DNA of 63,859 bases, the filler included, from Lama guanicoe (lineage: Eukaryota), in NCBI GenBank assembly GCA_013239625.1. It is 207 parts of 207 records of this genome, joined end to end, with 100 filler letters (N's around TTAATTAATTAA, not from the genome) between each part and the next. Parts side by side here need not be neighbours in the genome. Positions count along the whole stretch, not along the records: positions 1 to 209 come from PNXV01035200.1; positions 310 to 518 come from PNXV01035201.1; positions 619 to 826 come from PNXV01035202.1; positions 927 to 1,135 come from PNXV01035203.1; positions 1,236 to 1,444 come from PNXV01035204.1; positions 1,545 to 1,753 come from PNXV01035205.1; positions 1,854 to 2,062 come from PNXV01035206.1; positions 2,163 to 2,371 come from PNXV01035207.1; 199 more parts are not named here. One strand, written 5' to 3'. Both the position numbers and the translations under genes were made by a program. The notes beneath the pieces are model-generated. The model was given only the letters and a program-made list of their open reading frames with translations, did no database searches and was not told the origin of the DNA. The first letter of the stretch is position 1; each line of letters begins with the position of its first letter. This document shows, piece after piece, positions 1 through 13,495 of the stretch.

Positions 1-5
1 GACAT

Positions 6-120
6 GAGGTCAGTTAACAATGCCTCAGTTTCCATATTTATAAAGCAGGTAAATAACAGTGCCTACCTGATGGGGTTGTTGTAAGAGTTATGTATGTTAC
101 TAACAGCTAAAAGCACTGAA
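6..120 (+). mobile_element. MIR SINE fragment (core to 3' part)
   Basis: tgcctcagtttccatatttataaa...ataacagtgcctacctgatggggttgttgtaagagtta resembles the MIR core consensus. Confidence 0.75.
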
Positions 121-209
121 ATGTGAATGATGATTGACATTCTTCAATGGCCCTCCCCAGGCTCCCCGAGAAGGGCTCGATAGCCCATTTGCAATCTCTC
201 CATCACAAG

Positions 210-309
210 NNNNNNNNNNNNNNNNNNNNNNNNNNNNNNNNNNNNNNNNNNNNTTAATTAATTAANNNNNNNNNNNNNNNNNNNNNNNNNNNNNNNNNNN
301 NNNNNNNNN
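210..309. other. Synthetic linker N44-TTAATTAATTAA-N44 (first of 206 copies), a six-frame stop spacer
   Basis: The palindromic 12-mer at 254-265 has TAA in all three frames on both strands. It is identical in every gap and always centred in Ns. Confidence 0.98.
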
Positions 310-618
310 AGAGATCCCCTCCTGAGGTGCGTGCAGCCTCTGCAGGTTTAAAGCAGCCCCGCCTTGGAGGCAAGAGGAACAGGGCAGGAGAGTGGAGGGA
401 AATCCGCCATGGGTTCTCCAGGGTCCAACCTTCAAAGTCCGGTGATGGGTCAGGGAACCTCAGAAGCAATCCAGACTCCAACTCCCAAACTCCCAGAGCA
501 GCAGAGCTGAGAGAAACCNNNNNNNNNNNNNNNNNNNNNNNNNNNNNNNNNNNNNNNNNNNNTTAATTAATTAANNNNNNNNNNNNNNNNNNNNNNNNNN
601 NNNNNNNNNNNNNNNNNN

Positions 619-826
619 AAGTGATATCATGTGATACTTGTCTTTCTCTGTCTGACTTACTTCACTTGTTATGATAATCTTTAGGTCCACCCACGTTGCT
701 GCAAAAGGCATTATTTTATTCTTTTCTAGGGCTGAGTAAGATTGCATTGTATATACACACCTCATCTTCTTTATCCAGTTATCTATGGATGGACATTTAG
801 GTTGCTTCCATGTCTTGGCTATTGTA
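619..826 (-). mobile_element. LINE-1 ORF2 C-terminus fragment
   Basis: Minus-strand translation YSALEKNKIMPFAATWVDLKIIITSEVSQTEKDKYHMISL matches the conserved end of L1 ORF2p. Confidence 0.93.
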
Positions 827-1853
827 NNNNNNNNNNNNNNNNNNNNNNNNNNNNNNNNNNNNNNNNNNNNTTAATTAATTAANNNNNNNNNNNNNNNNNN
901 NNNNNNNNNNNNNNNNNNNNNNNNNNGGAGCGGGGGTGGACCTTGCCCACCAGGACAGCAGCAGAGCCTGGAGGGCCCAGGTCCGCTGACTCCCCACGCG
1001 ATGCCTTCTCCATACACCACACGCGCAGTTGGTTTCTGTCACCCTCGCTGCTGAGTGCCGTGGAACAGGGTTGAGACAACCCTGTCCCTAGGAGTTTTGC
1101 TTAAACTGCTTCTTGGCAGTTCTTTCTCCATTTCCNNNNNNNNNNNNNNNNNNNNNNNNNNNNNNNNNNNNNNNNNNNNTTAATTAATTAANNNNNNNNN
1201 NNNNNNNNNNNNNNNNNNNNNNNNNNNNNNNNNNNTGTCTCTCTTTCACAGCTACGCATTATTTTCGGTACTCTGAAAAGATTTTGCCAATTTGGAAGAA
1301 ACCACATCATCAAATTTACATTTCCCACTAGATGTAAAAAATCTACAGCAGAAAATCTGGTTAAAGTCCAAACTGAACACTGCAGGGATCCTTTTCTGAG
1401 AATCAGCATCACAACCACCAGCCACAATCCATGATTTTTACTCCNNNNNNNNNNNNNNNNNNNNNNNNNNNNNNNNNNNNNNNNNNNNTTAATTAATTAA
1501 NNNNNNNNNNNNNNNNNNNNNNNNNNNNNNNNNNNNNNNNNNNNTAAACCACATGGGCTTTCATAGAAGAGCCACCCCAAAGAAAGCTCCCGCCGATAAG
1601 TCTTTCAGGCCAGAGCTATGACTGTGCAAGTGGATGTGCCTCCGCCAGCTCTGGGCCCCTTAGGAGTGGACTTGTTAAGTTTCCCCAGAGAGGCCCGGCA
1701 GCCACCCCACGTCTCCAAAGCAGCCAGGAAGGTTTGAGTTCTTGACAGATTTTNNNNNNNNNNNNNNNNNNNNNNNNNNNNNNNNNNNNNNNNNNNNTTA
1801 ATTAATTAANNNNNNNNNNNNNNNNNNNNNNNNNNNNNNNNNNNNNNNNNNNN

Positions 1854-2050
1854 TTCTTTTTCTTTAACTTTCAGAAGTGGTATTGCATGGATTTCTTTGG
1901 GGTTATTTTATGTGGGTTTCACTCAATTTCTTGAGTCTATAGGTTTTTGACTTTTGACACATTTGGAGAGTATTCAGCCATTATTTTTACACTGTTTTTC
2001 AGTTCCATTCTCTTTCCTCATCTCTGGGTATCTGATGGTATAAATGCTAG
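1854..2050 (-). mobile_element. Old LINE-1 ORF1-region fragment
   Basis: T-rich sequence with catttggagagtattcagccattattt resembles antisense L1M ORF1 (EIMAENFPNL-type motif). Confidence 0.65.
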
Positions 2051-2162
2051 CTTTTTTTTTTTNNNNNNNNNNNNNNNNNNNNNNNNNNNNNNNNNNNNNN
2101 NNNNNNTTAATTAATTAANNNNNNNNNNNNNNNNNNNNNNNNNNNNNNNNNNNNNNNNNNNN

Positions 2163-2371
2163 ATAGGGTCTTGACACAGGTAATCAAGTTAAGGTGAGGT
2201 CATTAGGGTGGACGCTAATCCAGTCTGACTGGTATCCTTACAGAAGAGGAAGAATTTGGACATGGGGCACACACGCACAACAGGAAGGCAGAGTGAACAG
2301 ACACAGGGGGACACCATGTGGCGACCGAGCAGGGGTACTTAGAGACAAGGAAAACCAAAGACCACCAGCAC
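2163..2371 (+). mobile_element. MaLR LTR (MLT1B/C-like)
   Basis: atagggtctt...gtaatcaagttaaggtgaggtcattagggtggacgctaatccagtctgactggtatcctta matches the MLT1 LTR motif. Confidence 0.85.
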
Positions 2372-2854
2372 NNNNNNNNNNNNNNNNNNNNNNNNNNNNN
2401 NNNNNNNNNNNNNNNTTAATTAATTAANNNNNNNNNNNNNNNNNNNNNNNNNNNNNNNNNNNNNNNNNNNNTGTACTGACGGCCCTGCAAGTCACGTGTG
2501 CCAGGTAGGCTTGTTTGCTGAGTTTTGAAATCCCACAATTATGTAAGCACAGGGTTTTGTAATGTTTTGATTGATCAAATGTCTAGGAGAATGTTAGGTT
2601 CATGTCTCTAAATATTGTGAGTTTTAGGTCAGATACCGTTTCGTGAATGATGGTATCTTTGTGCTTTCTTAAATGAAGTTNNNNNNNNNNNNNNNNNNNN
2701 NNNNNNNNNNNNNNNNNNNNNNNNTTAATTAATTAANNNNNNNNNNNNNNNNNNNNNNNNNNNNNNNNNNNNNNNNNNNNCGTATTTGAAAATCAAAGTG
2801 GAATTATAATTATTTTATAATTATATATTCTTTCTTTTTTTCTTGTATATATAT

Positions 2855-2989
2855 ATATTTCTTTATTGAAGTATGGTCACTTTGCAATGTGAAGTGTGAA
2901 TTTCTGGTGTACAGCACAATGCTTCAGTCATACGTGAACGTACATACATTTGTTTTCACCTTCTTTTTCATCAAAAGTTACTACAAGAT
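2855..2989 (-). mobile_element. LINE-1 3' terminus (lineage-specific subfamily)
   Basis: tttattgaagtatggtcac...tttctggtgtacagcacaatgcttcagtcata is a typical antisense L1 3' end. Its right end aligns with the start of 4944-5152 and 48201-48409. Confidence 0.8.
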
Positions 2990-4943
2990 NNNNNNNNNNN
3001 NNNNNNNNNNNNNNNNNNNNNNNNNNNNNNNNNTTAATTAATTAANNNNNNNNNNNNNNNNNNNNNNNNNNNNNNNNNNNNNNNNNNNNGACTTGGTTGG
3101 CATGTGCTGCCAGGCCAGAGGGGTCTGGAGTATGAATCTGGTGGATCCAGGTTCCGGATGTGTCAGTGAGCGTTCTGGAGACCCACTCTGGCTCTTTGTG
3201 GGGAGCAGAGGGAGAGCCAGCGGCAGCGTGAGGAGGGCGCCCCTCCACTGGCAAGTGTCCTGTGCATGCAGGGGAGAGAGTGACGTCACAGGGAACGGNN
3301 NNNNNNNNNNNNNNNNNNNNNNNNNNNNNNNNNNNNNNNNNNTTAATTAATTAANNNNNNNNNNNNNNNNNNNNNNNNNNNNNNNNNNNNNNNNNNNNCA
3401 CAAGGGTGTTAATTTAACTTCCGTGTTCCAGGCCTGGGAGGAGACTCCAGCCACACTGTGGAGCTGGCTACGTAAGGGGATTATCAAGAATCCCCCGATC
3501 AACTCAAAGATGGAATAGCATCACAAAATACGGCATCGGAGGGTCTACAGAAAGAACAGCGCTCCAATATTCAAGGCAGATATGGTTCGCACGAGGCCAG
3601 CAGGTTANNNNNNNNNNNNNNNNNNNNNNNNNNNNNNNNNNNNNNNNNNNNTTAATTAATTAANNNNNNNNNNNNNNNNNNNNNNNNNNNNNNNNNNNNN
3701 NNNNNNNTCGTAATCTAAATCATTGTAGAAAGGATAGGCGTAGAACCTTCAAGGGAGTAGATTTAAGATACAACTTTGAAATAAAAATTTGCCATGTAAG
3801 TTATATTTTCACTGTCAGTAATATGTAGTTTCTAAGATGATAGTTTTCAGATTATTTTTAAGACTACGTGTTTAATACAATGAGCTATATCGCTCTCTAT
3901 TTCCCAGTTAGTTTTGNNNNNNNNNNNNNNNNNNNNNNNNNNNNNNNNNNNNNNNNNNNNTTAATTAATTAANNNNNNNNNNNNNNNNNNNNNNNNNNNN
4001 NNNNNNNNNNNNNNNNGCACCACTCCACATCCTCATTCTTATTGAAAAGATCTTGGTTGCAAATAAGAACTGAATCATGTGTGCAAATGAGTTTATTATA
4101 AGAAAAAAAAAAGTAAAAACACTCATCTCTGATTTGGGCTTAAGTTTTAGCTTAATCCTTAGGCTAATTTTTGAATGGTTTCCTCATCTGAAAGAAGCAA
4201 AAGATGGCTTGCTTTGTCTTACCACNNNNNNNNNNNNNNNNNNNNNNNNNNNNNNNNNNNNNNNNNNNNTTAATTAATTAANNNNNNNNNNNNNNNNNNN
4301 NNNNNNNNNNNNNNNNNNNNNNNNNGGTAAGGTCCGAAGGGATTTTTAACCTTTTAAAGACAGGTCTGTTACCCGCCAGAGCTGAGAAATTACAGTCTTT
4401 CCTCTTTCTCTAGAGGCCAAAGAGGTCGAAAAGAAGGCATAGACTCTACCAGAGACAAGACGAAGATAGTGCAACAGAGGGCAAACCCCAAACTCAAACC
4501 TTCCTTCCAGTTGTTTTCCAAGAAAGGGAAGTTGNNNNNNNNNNNNNNNNNNNNNNNNNNNNNNNNNNNNNNNNNNNNTTAATTAATTAANNNNNNNNNN
4601 NNNNNNNNNNNNNNNNNNNNNNNNNNNNNNNNNNAAAAAATCCAGAAATCATTTCTTAAAACTAGAAACAGTTATGACAATATTTACTGAGAATTCTGTT
4701 CTCTAACCTGCTAGCAGTGTTTTGGGATAGTTTGGAAACAATTTAGAGAACATGGCTTGAAACAGAAACATTGCTGTCTTATTCATATTCATTGTAGAAA
4801 TAATTACAGATTATTGTTGGCAAACTCGTCTCTTTAAAAAAAANNNNNNNNNNNNNNNNNNNNNNNNNNNNNNNNNNNNNNNNNNNNTTAATTAATTAAN
4901 NNNNNNNNNNNNNNNNNNNNNNNNNNNNNNNNNNNNNNNNNNN

Positions 4944-5152
4944 CATATTCTTTTTCATCAAAGGTTATTATAAGATACTGAATATATTTCCCGGTGCTAT
5001 ATAGAAGAAATTTGTTCTTTTAATCTAGTTTTATATGTAGTAGCTAACATTTGCAAATCTCAAACTCCCACATTGATCCCTTCCGACCTCCTTTCCCCCA
5101 GTTACCATAAGACTGTTGACTATGTCTGTGGCTCTATTTCTGTTTTGTAGAT
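4944..5152 (-). mobile_element. LINE-1 3'UTR fragment
   Basis: Collinear over its full length with 48201-48409. Contains L1 3'UTR motifs such as tatgtctgtg..tctatttctgttttgtaga. Confidence 0.85.
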
Positions 5153-7106
5153 NNNNNNNNNNNNNNNNNNNNNNNNNNNNNNNNNNNNNNNNNNNNTTAA
5201 TTAATTAANNNNNNNNNNNNNNNNNNNNNNNNNNNNNNNNNNNNNNNNNNNNCTCCTCTGAGTCAGTTCTAGTAAAAATCAAGCTCCTCCAAAGCCCTCC
5301 AACCCTAGGCCCTCTCCAGTGTCCTTCCCAGCAAGGGCACCCACCACCCTGGACCACACAGGGCACTCTCCCCGAGTCCCGATCCCACAAGCCTCCAGGC
5401 CTCTACCCGTGATTCTCCTGCCACCTGAGTTACCCTCTTGATTCCTTCTCCTGGCTGACTCNNNNNNNNNNNNNNNNNNNNNNNNNNNNNNNNNNNNNNN
5501 NNNNNTTAATTAATTAANNNNNNNNNNNNNNNNNNNNNNNNNNNNNNNNNNNNNNNNNNNNATTCCTGTCTTTTGCCCATTTATCTATTGAACTATTTTC
5601 TCATGGATTTAAATTAACCCTTAATAACTCTCTGCTATGATTAGGAAAATTAGCATCCAGAGACACCAACAGATTCACAGAATCTCAGGGGTGGGAACTA
5701 GGTTTATCAGGACCAAAGCTCTAATCTTCTGTCCAGAACTTTCCTATGTTGTAAGATTATTGCCTCATAANNNNNNNNNNNNNNNNNNNNNNNNNNNNNN
5801 NNNNNNNNNNNNNNTTAATTAATTAANNNNNNNNNNNNNNNNNNNNNNNNNNNNNNNNNNNNNNNNNNNNGAAATAACCCAGGTACCTCCATCCACAGAG
5901 TTCATCCTTCCCAGTTTCCAGGAATGGGGTGTGCATAGCAAAATGTTCACAACTGTAGAGGAACTTCCGTTTGCTTAGAACTCCTATTTGCATCCTTTGA
6001 CAAAAACCTTAGGACATCCATTCTCCTTCATGAATTTTGGCTAGTTCACAACCATTTTATATACGCCCAGGTTCTGAATNNNNNNNNNNNNNNNNNNNNN
6101 NNNNNNNNNNNNNNNNNNNNNNNTTAATTAATTAANNNNNNNNNNNNNNNNNNNNNNNNNNNNNNNNNNNNNNNNNNNNATGATTTTGTAACCCAGAGTT
6201 CGCTGCACCTTGCTGTGCACTTTGGGAGTGGAGCTTCTTATGGCTCACAATCTGCCTGAGCTGGTCCCTGCAGCCTGGGGGCCGTGTGTTTTCCGGGAGG
6301 AGGGGCGCGCCCACTGCAGGTACCAGGGTGAGGGCGGAGGGCGGGTGTTTCCCTCTCCAGGAATCAGAGTTGAGTCATTTTGGTTCTGNNNNNNNNNNNN
6401 NNNNNNNNNNNNNNNNNNNNNNNNNNNNNNNNTTAATTAATTAANNNNNNNNNNNNNNNNNNNNNNNNNNNNNNNNNNNNNNNNNNNNTTTTTTCTTTTG
6501 CTATATGATTTCAAACTCATTGAATCTCAACTTCTTTCAACTGTAGAATGGGGACATTGTGGGTAATTTGTACTCTATCTACTTGGAGTGCTACTTTGAG
6601 TGTCAGATGGCACGATATGTCTAAGAGCAATTTGCTAAACCAAATAGTACTTCAAATTGCTTCTCTCTATGAAAGCACTTATCACAATGTCTGGTAANNN
6701 NNNNNNNNNNNNNNNNNNNNNNNNNNNNNNNNNNNNNNNNNTTAATTAATTAANNNNNNNNNNNNNNNNNNNNNNNNNNNNNNNNNNNNNNNNNNNNACA
6801 GAATAATTACAGGACTGATAAGCTGTAAGGATCTTATAAATTTAACCTTGCTATATCATAATCTTATAGTACACAGCAGTTATATTTTGAATGAACATAT
6901 AATCTGACTGTCAGTATGTCTGAGCCTATGAATTAATGATTACACTGGATCATTTTTACTACAGTCAACACTATATTATGAAAGATTTTGGAATAATGAC
7001 ATATAANNNNNNNNNNNNNNNNNNNNNNNNNNNNNNNNNNNNNNNNNNNNTTAATTAATTAANNNNNNNNNNNNNNNNNNNNNNNNNNNNNNNNNNNNNN
7101 NNNNNN

Positions 7107-7297
7107 TGCTCTGATTTTCCTTCTTAGCAATTATTACCGTCCCAGATGTTTATTAGCTTACCATGTGCCTCCCCAGCCAGAACCCGGGCTCCGTGAGAAG
7201 AGAGCCTATGTCTGTGTAAACTCACAGCTACGTTGCCTGTGCCAAGAACACTGCCTGGCACACAGCAGCTCAACAAGTATTTACTGAATGAATAAGT
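7107..7297 (+). mobile_element. LINE-2 3' end (L2a-like)
   Basis: gaacactgcctggcacacagcagctcaacaagtatttactgaatgaata is the canonical L2 tail. Confidence 0.8.
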
Positions 7298-7744
7298 ACT
7301 ATATGGTAGATATTANNNNNNNNNNNNNNNNNNNNNNNNNNNNNNNNNNNNNNNNNNNNTTAATTAATTAANNNNNNNNNNNNNNNNNNNNNNNNNNNNN
7401 NNNNNNNNNNNNNNNATTGTTTTTGCCATCATATTTTACATCTGATTGTTTTGTCTATCCTTTATTTATTGTGGATATAGATGAATTTACTGCTTTTGTT
7501 TTTTAACCTTCCTAATAGCATTGTGCATGTGTATTTTTTGACATTTAGTGTATGTTTGCCTGTGCCAGTGAGCTTTTTCATTTCATGGTTTTGTTTCTAG
7601 TTGTGGCCTTTTCTTTTTCACCTANNNNNNNNNNNNNNNNNNNNNNNNNNNNNNNNNNNNNNNNNNNNTTAATTAATTAANNNNNNNNNNNNNNNNNNNN
7701 NNNNNNNNNNNNNNNNNNNNNNNNGGCACCATGGCCCAGACACA

Positions 7745-7790
7745 GGTGTACGTCTGTGTGTGTGTGTGTGTCTCTGTCTGCGTGTGTTGC
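7745..7790. repeat. (TG)n microsatellite
   Basis: Directly visible TG run with degenerate flanks. Confidence 0.85.
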
Positions 7791-8057
7791 AGGGTGAGGA
7801 GGCTTAATGCGGTTACGGGTTCCAGGCTGTGCTCTGAGTTCAGACTGCTTAAACCTCCTAGTCATGCTTCTTAATCTCTTTTTAAAAATTATTTATTTAT
7901 TCATTTATTTATTTATGATTGAAGTATAGTCAGNNNNNNNNNNNNNNNNNNNNNNNNNNNNNNNNNNNNNNNNNNNNTTAATTAATTAANNNNNNNNNNN
8001 NNNNNNNNNNNNNNNNNNNNNNNNNNNNNNNNNACACCTGGAGGGCTCCCTCACGGC

Positions 8058-8228
8058 CGGTGGTGGGGTGCAAATTGGTACAGACACTCTGGGGTGTAGC
8101 TTGGCGGTCTCTGATAAAGTCTAGTCTCTCCTTGATCATTCAAACAAGACACCCCACTCCGAAGTGTTTACCCGAAAGAAATAAAAACGTGTGTTCACAC
8201 GAATACTCGTATGTGGATGTTTGTAAGT
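8058..8228 (+). mobile_element. Old LINE-1 ORF2 C-terminal fragment
   Basis: ggtggggtgcaaattggtacagacactctgg...gtttacccgaaagaaataaaaacgtgtgttcacac resembles L1MC/ME 3' ORF2 (VG.CKLVQ.LW). Confidence 0.75.
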
Positions 8229-10296
8229 TTATTCTCTTTATTNNNNNNNNNNNNNNNNNNNNNNNNNNNNNNNNNNNNNNNNNNNNTTAATTAATTAANN
8301 NNNNNNNNNNNNNNNNNNNNNNNNNNNNNNNNNNNNNNNNNNAAATCTGCTATCTATCTAGGAAATTTTAGAAAGATTAGTAAACTTTTTTATTTTTGCA
8401 ATTTAGGAAGACAGAAATTATGGAGATAAAAATTGAACCTGATGAAATGAGAAAAAAATTTTAGTACAATAATTAGTGAATCCAAATGCTTGTATTACAA
8501 ACAACAATAAAATACATAACCTAGTGCAAACTTGATTAAGAAAATAGAAGANNNNNNNNNNNNNNNNNNNNNNNNNNNNNNNNNNNNNNNNNNNNTTAAT
8601 TAATTAANNNNNNNNNNNNNNNNNNNNNNNNNNNNNNNNNNNNNNNNNNNNGCAGCCGGACGGAACCCCAGGATGCATCGAGGGCTTTTTCTGGAAGCTG
8701 CGTTCTGGAGCCGAGACCGAGGTGGCTAGGCCCAGCGCTTCTGGTGTCAGACCTGCCGCCTCCACTCCCTCCGGGGCCTCTGACAGGACGTCGGCCCCTC
8801 AGGAGACAGCACCCCCGAGGAGCCTCTGACAGGACGGCCTCCACAGAGGGTGAGTCTGCANNNNNNNNNNNNNNNNNNNNNNNNNNNNNNNNNNNNNNNN
8901 NNNNTTAATTAATTAANNNNNNNNNNNNNNNNNNNNNNNNNNNNNNNNNNNNNNNNNNNNAAAAAGTAGAGAAAAGAAGCCTAAAACACTTGGAAATGGA
9001 AAACCTTATTATCCTGACGTTCCGACCGCCACTTTCCAGCCACCGTGAACCGCTCTGATCCGCATCACGCCCATCTTTCCACGCTGGCCAGGAGCACACG
9101 TGGCTTCCGCGAGTCACACGCACCAAGCGTGGACCACGAGGGCCTCTCCCCTTGGGAGCTTTGTCGTCTNNNNNNNNNNNNNNNNNNNNNNNNNNNNNNN
9201 NNNNNNNNNNNNNTTAATTAATTAANNNNNNNNNNNNNNNNNNNNNNNNNNNNNNNNNNNNNNNNNNNNTGTCCGTAAATTCTCTCCCTTTAGAAAATGT
9301 CAAGTTAGTTACATCTCTCGTGTTATGGTCTTTATTAGTGGAACGTTATATCTAGCTAAAGTTAATTTTTTGAAAACCCGTAAGAGAATTTAAGAGTGAT
9401 TTTAATCCCTTTTATTTTGTTTTTCAAACAGAGAAGTGCATAAAACAAATGCATTTCTTCAAAGACTGCAACTTCAACNNNNNNNNNNNNNNNNNNNNNN
9501 NNNNNNNNNNNNNNNNNNNNNNTTAATTAATTAANNNNNNNNNNNNNNNNNNNNNNNNNNNNNNNNNNNNNNNNNNNNAGACTTGGACTGCCTTTAGCTG
9601 CAAGGTTACTTACAAACCATAGATTCCCCTCTACCCTAGTGAAGAGTTGAAAAGATAATATGTCTGTGCACTTCTTGGTTTTATTCCCATTTTAAAACTG
9701 CCACTCTGTGATGTCCAGTGGGGTTCAAGAAAGTTTTTGCAGCCTGCTCACCCACCCAACTCTTGATTTTCAACAAAAGGTCATTGANNNNNNNNNNNNN
9801 NNNNNNNNNNNNNNNNNNNNNNNNNNNNNNNTTAATTAATTAANNNNNNNNNNNNNNNNNNNNNNNNNNNNNNNNNNNNNNNNNNNNGATTAATTAAAGG
9901 ACGGTTCATTCTCCTGTAAACTGATTCCATCGTAGTATGGTGCCTCTTCCTCTTGGAGAATTATCACCTGTCAGCTCAGCATGTGGGAGGATAATAAAAA
10001 AGGCCTCAGGTGATTGGAAAGGATGCTCTGATGATACTCCCTGAGGCACTGAGTGTGGGAAGGATCAAACCTGAGCTCAAAATGTTCAGCCATGATNNNN
10101 NNNNNNNNNNNNNNNNNNNNNNNNNNNNNNNNNNNNNNNNTTAATTAATTAANNNNNNNNNNNNNNNNNNNNNNNNNNNNNNNNNNNNNNNNNNNNGAGG
10201 GCTCCGTCTTCTGTGTGTGTGTGTGACCTGAACAGCTAGCTGACTCGTAAAACTCCCGGTGTCCCTCCCAGCACAGAGCAGCCATCAGCTGCTTGT

Positions 10297-10388
10297 GTCT
10301 GTGAAGAACCAAGCAGTAAATCTGTCAGGGCTTGTGGGCCACGTGATCTATGCAGTACCTACTCAACTCTGCCAGGAGAGCAGCCACT
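10297..10388 (+). mobile_element. MER58A-like hAT-Charlie DNA transposon fragment
   Basis: tctgtgaagaaccaagcagtaaat...gtgggccacgtgatctatgcagtacctactcaactctgcc resembles MER58A. Confidence 0.65.
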
Positions 10389-12668
10389 GGTCCTTCCTAA
10401 AGGAANNNNNNNNNNNNNNNNNNNNNNNNNNNNNNNNNNNNNNNNNNNNTTAATTAATTAANNNNNNNNNNNNNNNNNNNNNNNNNNNNNNNNNNNNNNN
10501 NNNNNTCCTGCCCAAAGTCCAGAGACTCCCAGGAGATTGAAGAGAGGTGGGGGCAGAAAGGGAGAGGAGGCGACTGGAGTGACACGGAGGGATAGAGAAC
10601 CTGACAGGAGGAGAGGAAGGGAAGGAAAATAATGACTCTTGGGACCTGGCTGGTGGGCCTGGGGGAAGCAGGGTAGAAAGCTACCTTTCTAGAGCTTTCT
10701 AGAAACTTTCTACCNNNNNNNNNNNNNNNNNNNNNNNNNNNNNNNNNNNNNNNNNNNNTTAATTAATTAANNNNNNNNNNNNNNNNNNNNNNNNNNNNNN
10801 NNNNNNNNNNNNNNATTTAGAAGAGCCACACCACTCTTCACACCCTTTGAGCCAATAATTCCAACCTGGGGAATAAAGCCTCAGACAAATACAGAGCTAT
10901 TCTCTGTACACACAGCAGCCAAATGTGGAACTAAAAAAGACCACTGCCCACAGGAGGAAAGAACTAAGAAACCTGCTCTCTCTCAAGAGGAAAAGGCCAT
11001 AAGAAGTGACAGATCAGAGGCCANNNNNNNNNNNNNNNNNNNNNNNNNNNNNNNNNNNNNNNNNNNNTTAATTAATTAANNNNNNNNNNNNNNNNNNNNN
11101 NNNNNNNNNNNNNNNNNNNNNNNGGCTGGTGACAATGACATGCAGCTCATACAGACCCACCCCAATAGACACCAAACCTCTAGGGAGGAGGCCCAGCCAC
11201 CACCAGGGTGATCTGGGCCATTGGGACCCGGTCACTAAGTTCTCTCCCACCCTGTCACCACAAATTCTGAGCCTCCTCACTTCTGGATGCTGCCCCCATT
11301 ACGGGCTTTTGCACAAACTCTTCCCTGGTACTNNNNNNNNNNNNNNNNNNNNNNNNNNNNNNNNNNNNNNNNNNNNTTAATTAATTAANNNNNNNNNNNN
11401 NNNNNNNNNNNNNNNNNNNNNNNNNNNNNNNNGATGAGTTTAGCAAATGGCCAAATTTGTTTTATTTGAAGCCTCCGTGGTAAGTATTATTACCTCTGTG
11501 CTCCTGAAGATGAGCCCAGAGTTGCAGGGCTGTCAGCCCGACAGGAAGAAAGCACACAGCCTTACATCATCTGACAGAACGCCCGAAAAAACGTCCACGG
11601 CCACTAAACCACCGGGACAGCAGTGTTGTCTGTGATCTAAANNNNNNNNNNNNNNNNNNNNNNNNNNNNNNNNNNNNNNNNNNNNTTAATTAATTAANNN
11701 NNNNNNNNNNNNNNNNNNNNNNNNNNNNNNNNNNNNNNNNNAATACAAATAATTTTATTAACAGATTTGTAAAGTGTGCACATCTAAAGTATTCATGACA
11801 TCTTTATTCAAAGTGACGTGATGGTTAAGATCCTTAACTATGCAGAAACATAATGATCACCCATGTTGAATGGCAACTGGTGGAAAGGAGAGGAATTTAC
11901 TGAATTCCTGCATAGTGTTTTCTTTATAATCAATCTCAGACTTCTGAGGANNNNNNNNNNNNNNNNNNNNNNNNNNNNNNNNNNNNNNNNNNNNTTAATT
12001 AATTAANNNNNNNNNNNNNNNNNNNNNNNNNNNNNNNNNNNNNNNNNNNNGAAATGCAGGCTGACGTTAATGGCAGTCAACTCCAGGTCCATCATCGTGC
12101 GGGTATCCTCCTGCTGCCGTCGAAGCCATATTTGTCTTCTTCACGTACGAATCACTAACCTTAACCGCATTCTGGGTTTTCAGTAGGACTACGTATGCAC
12201 CATGCCGTGTAACACCTTTGAGGAAGGACTTCTTTAGAGACGTTTTATTTATTTAAGTCNNNNNNNNNNNNNNNNNNNNNNNNNNNNNNNNNNNNNNNNN
12301 NNNTTAATTAATTAANNNNNNNNNNNNNNNNNNNNNNNNNNNNNNNNNNNNNNNNNNNNCCAAGAGTGTCAATGTTGCAAATTTACGGAACATTTCTGCT
12401 GTCTTGTATATGTGAGTATGTTTATGAAGCTTTAATAAGAGACTTCTAAGCTGGAAGTTGATTTCCCCCGGTTTATCATGCCCTTCTCTTATATTGAAAG
12501 CATATAATACTTCCAGATGCTTCCAGAAACGTACTTCTAGAAACCACATCCTAAAGGGCATAATTATTNNNNNNNNNNNNNNNNNNNNNNNNNNNNNNNN
12601 NNNNNNNNNNNNTTAATTAATTAANNNNNNNNNNNNNNNNNNNNNNNNNNNNNNNNNNNNNNNNNNNN

Positions 12669-13495
12669 ATCGCTCTCATCTGCCAGGACTGAGAAATGGA
12701 AAAGAAACAACCTCTTTTGCCCTGCTCTTTGCCAAAAATATTGTCGGACAAAGATCATCCAGTTTTACCTTGTCGTTTCCCCAAGTGAAGCAGCAGGGTC
12801 TTCTACTGGTATTTTCGAGTCGTCCCTCGCGCTTCTACAGTTTCACTGGTCTAACGTCTTTCTTGGTCTGCACTTGTNNNNNNNNNNNNNNNNNNNNNNN
12901 NNNNNNNNNNNNNNNNNNNNNTTAATTAATTAANNNNNNNNNNNNNNNNNNNNNNNNNNNNNNNNNNNNNNNNNNNNTGTGTGTGTGTGTGTGAGTGAAT
13001 GAGTGGCCTGTGAAGCATGCGATCAGGCTTGAGTTTGTAGCTCCACAGCATTCTGCTATGGAGTTCGAGTGAGTCCCAATCTGTGGTTCCATGGTGACCT
13101 CATACGGCTCAGGGTGGTAGCGGTCCCTCAGGGTCCCGATCGGAGTCAGCGGCTTATACTGACCCACCAAAGCTAAGAGGCACCTTNNNNNNNNNNNNNN
13201 NNNNNNNNNNNNNNNNNNNNNNNNNNNNNNTTAATTAATTAANNNNNNNNNNNNNNNNNNNNNNNNNNNNNNNNNNNNNNNNNNNNATCGCTCTCATCTG
13301 CCAGGACTGAGAAATGGAAAAGAAACAACCTCTTTCGCCCTCCTCTTTGCCAAAAATATTGTCGGACAAAGATCATCCAGTTTTGCCTTGTCGTTTCCCC
13401 AAATGAAGCAGCAGGGTCTTCTACTGGTATTTTCGAGTCGTCCCTTGCGCTTCTACAGTTTCACTGGTCTAACGTCTTTCTTGGTCTGCACTTGT
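12669..13495. repeat. Near-identical contig pair 12669-12877 and 13287-13495 (assembly bubble)
   Basis: Five substitutions. The first 49 and last 49 bases are identical. Confidence 0.95.
12978..13186 (+). mobile_element. Possible ERV1 5'-leader/internal fragment following (TG)n
   Basis: gagtgagtcccaatctgtggttccatggtgacctcatacggct resembles class I ERV leader sequence, from memory only. Confidence 0.3.

Noticed and set aside
254..265. PacI sites, homeodomain TAAT sites or piggyBac TTAA targets
   Set aside because: The motif lies within the synthetic linker, not in sequenced DNA.
3399..3607. Possible exon after ttccag acceptor
   Set aside because: One frame is open but gives no recognisable protein, and the others have stops. 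Support is insufficient.
12669..13495. Local tandem duplication or mobile-element direct repeats
   Set aside because: The copies are separate contigs with bubble geometry, so their proximity reflects contig ordering.
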